A stretch of DNA of 63,536 nucleotides, the filler included, from Octopus bimaculoides (lineage: Eukaryota), in NCBI RefSeq assembly GCF_001194135.2. It is 5 parts of 3 records of this genome, joined end to end, with 100 filler letters (N's around TTAATTAATTAA, not from the genome) between each part and the next. Parts side by side here need not be neighbours in the genome. Positions count along the whole stretch, not along the records: positions 60,473 to 63,536 come from NW_026301580.1; 4 more parts are not named here. One strand, 5' to 3'. Positions 63,123 to 63,536 of this stretch are shown here, in pieces. The number at the start of each line of letters is the position of its first letter. Positions within the stretch are counted from its first letter, which is position 1. The notes beneath the pieces are model-generated. The model had not been told where the DNA came from. It saw only the letters and a program-made list of their open reading frames with translations, and ran no database searches. Made by a program: the position numbers and the translations under genes.

Positions 63123-63536
63123 TTACAAAATATCAAATACAAGGAAATTAACGAATTCACACATATAAACACATACACATGCGTGCATAATGTGATGAAA
63201 TCTCAGATAGAAGATGACATATGAGTATTCAGTCGTTGCTGAATGATCTGCACAAATGATTTGTTTATAGGAATCAAATGTATGTGCTGTACATTATTTC
63301 ATTCCCTCCATCAAATCCACCTTGCCTGAACAGGTGTGCGAGGCACCTGTAGTAGAGGTCACAGAGCAATGTGAGATGAAATGTTTTGCTTAAGAACACA
63401 ATGCACCCAACTGGTCAACGAATTGAAAGATCACAACCTCTTGACCATGAGTGCAACATCCTAATCACTGACCATGTGCCTTAGTAATTAATATCATCAT
63501 CATCATCATCGTTTAACGTCCGCTTTCCATGCTAGC

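Overview
AT-rich, microsatellite- and transposon-dense animal genomic DNA, inferred to be a coleoid cephalopod (octopus-like) from the divergent 18S 5' end and the SINE/LINE complement. The window is not one contiguous locus. Four identical 100-bp artificial linkers (44 N + TTAATTAATTAA + 44 N) split it into five scaffolds: 1-10953, 11054-32202, 32303-47260, 47361-60372 and 60473-63536. The only confidently identified host gene is a partial minus-strand F-box DNA helicase 1 (FBH1/FBXO18). It has six phase-consistent GT-AG exons between 27801 and 11460, includes Walker A (AFAGTGKS), and is incomplete at both ends. Also present: an 18S rRNA 5' fragment with GC-rich upstream ETS-like sequence, a decayed Ig-like exon, and TE relics (RTE, R4/Dong-like, Penelope RT and GIY-YIG, mariner, Helitron, hAT- and piggyBac-type MITEs, three tRNA-derived SINE families). 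The most unusual signals are decayed minimal hammerhead-ribozyme-like motifs. They occur in a tRNA-headed SINE-like family whose 3' tail is also fused to a Penelope GIY-YIG fragment, and as an inverted pair in a foldback element inside an FBH1 intron. All family assignments come from manual translation and motif recognition; no searches were run.
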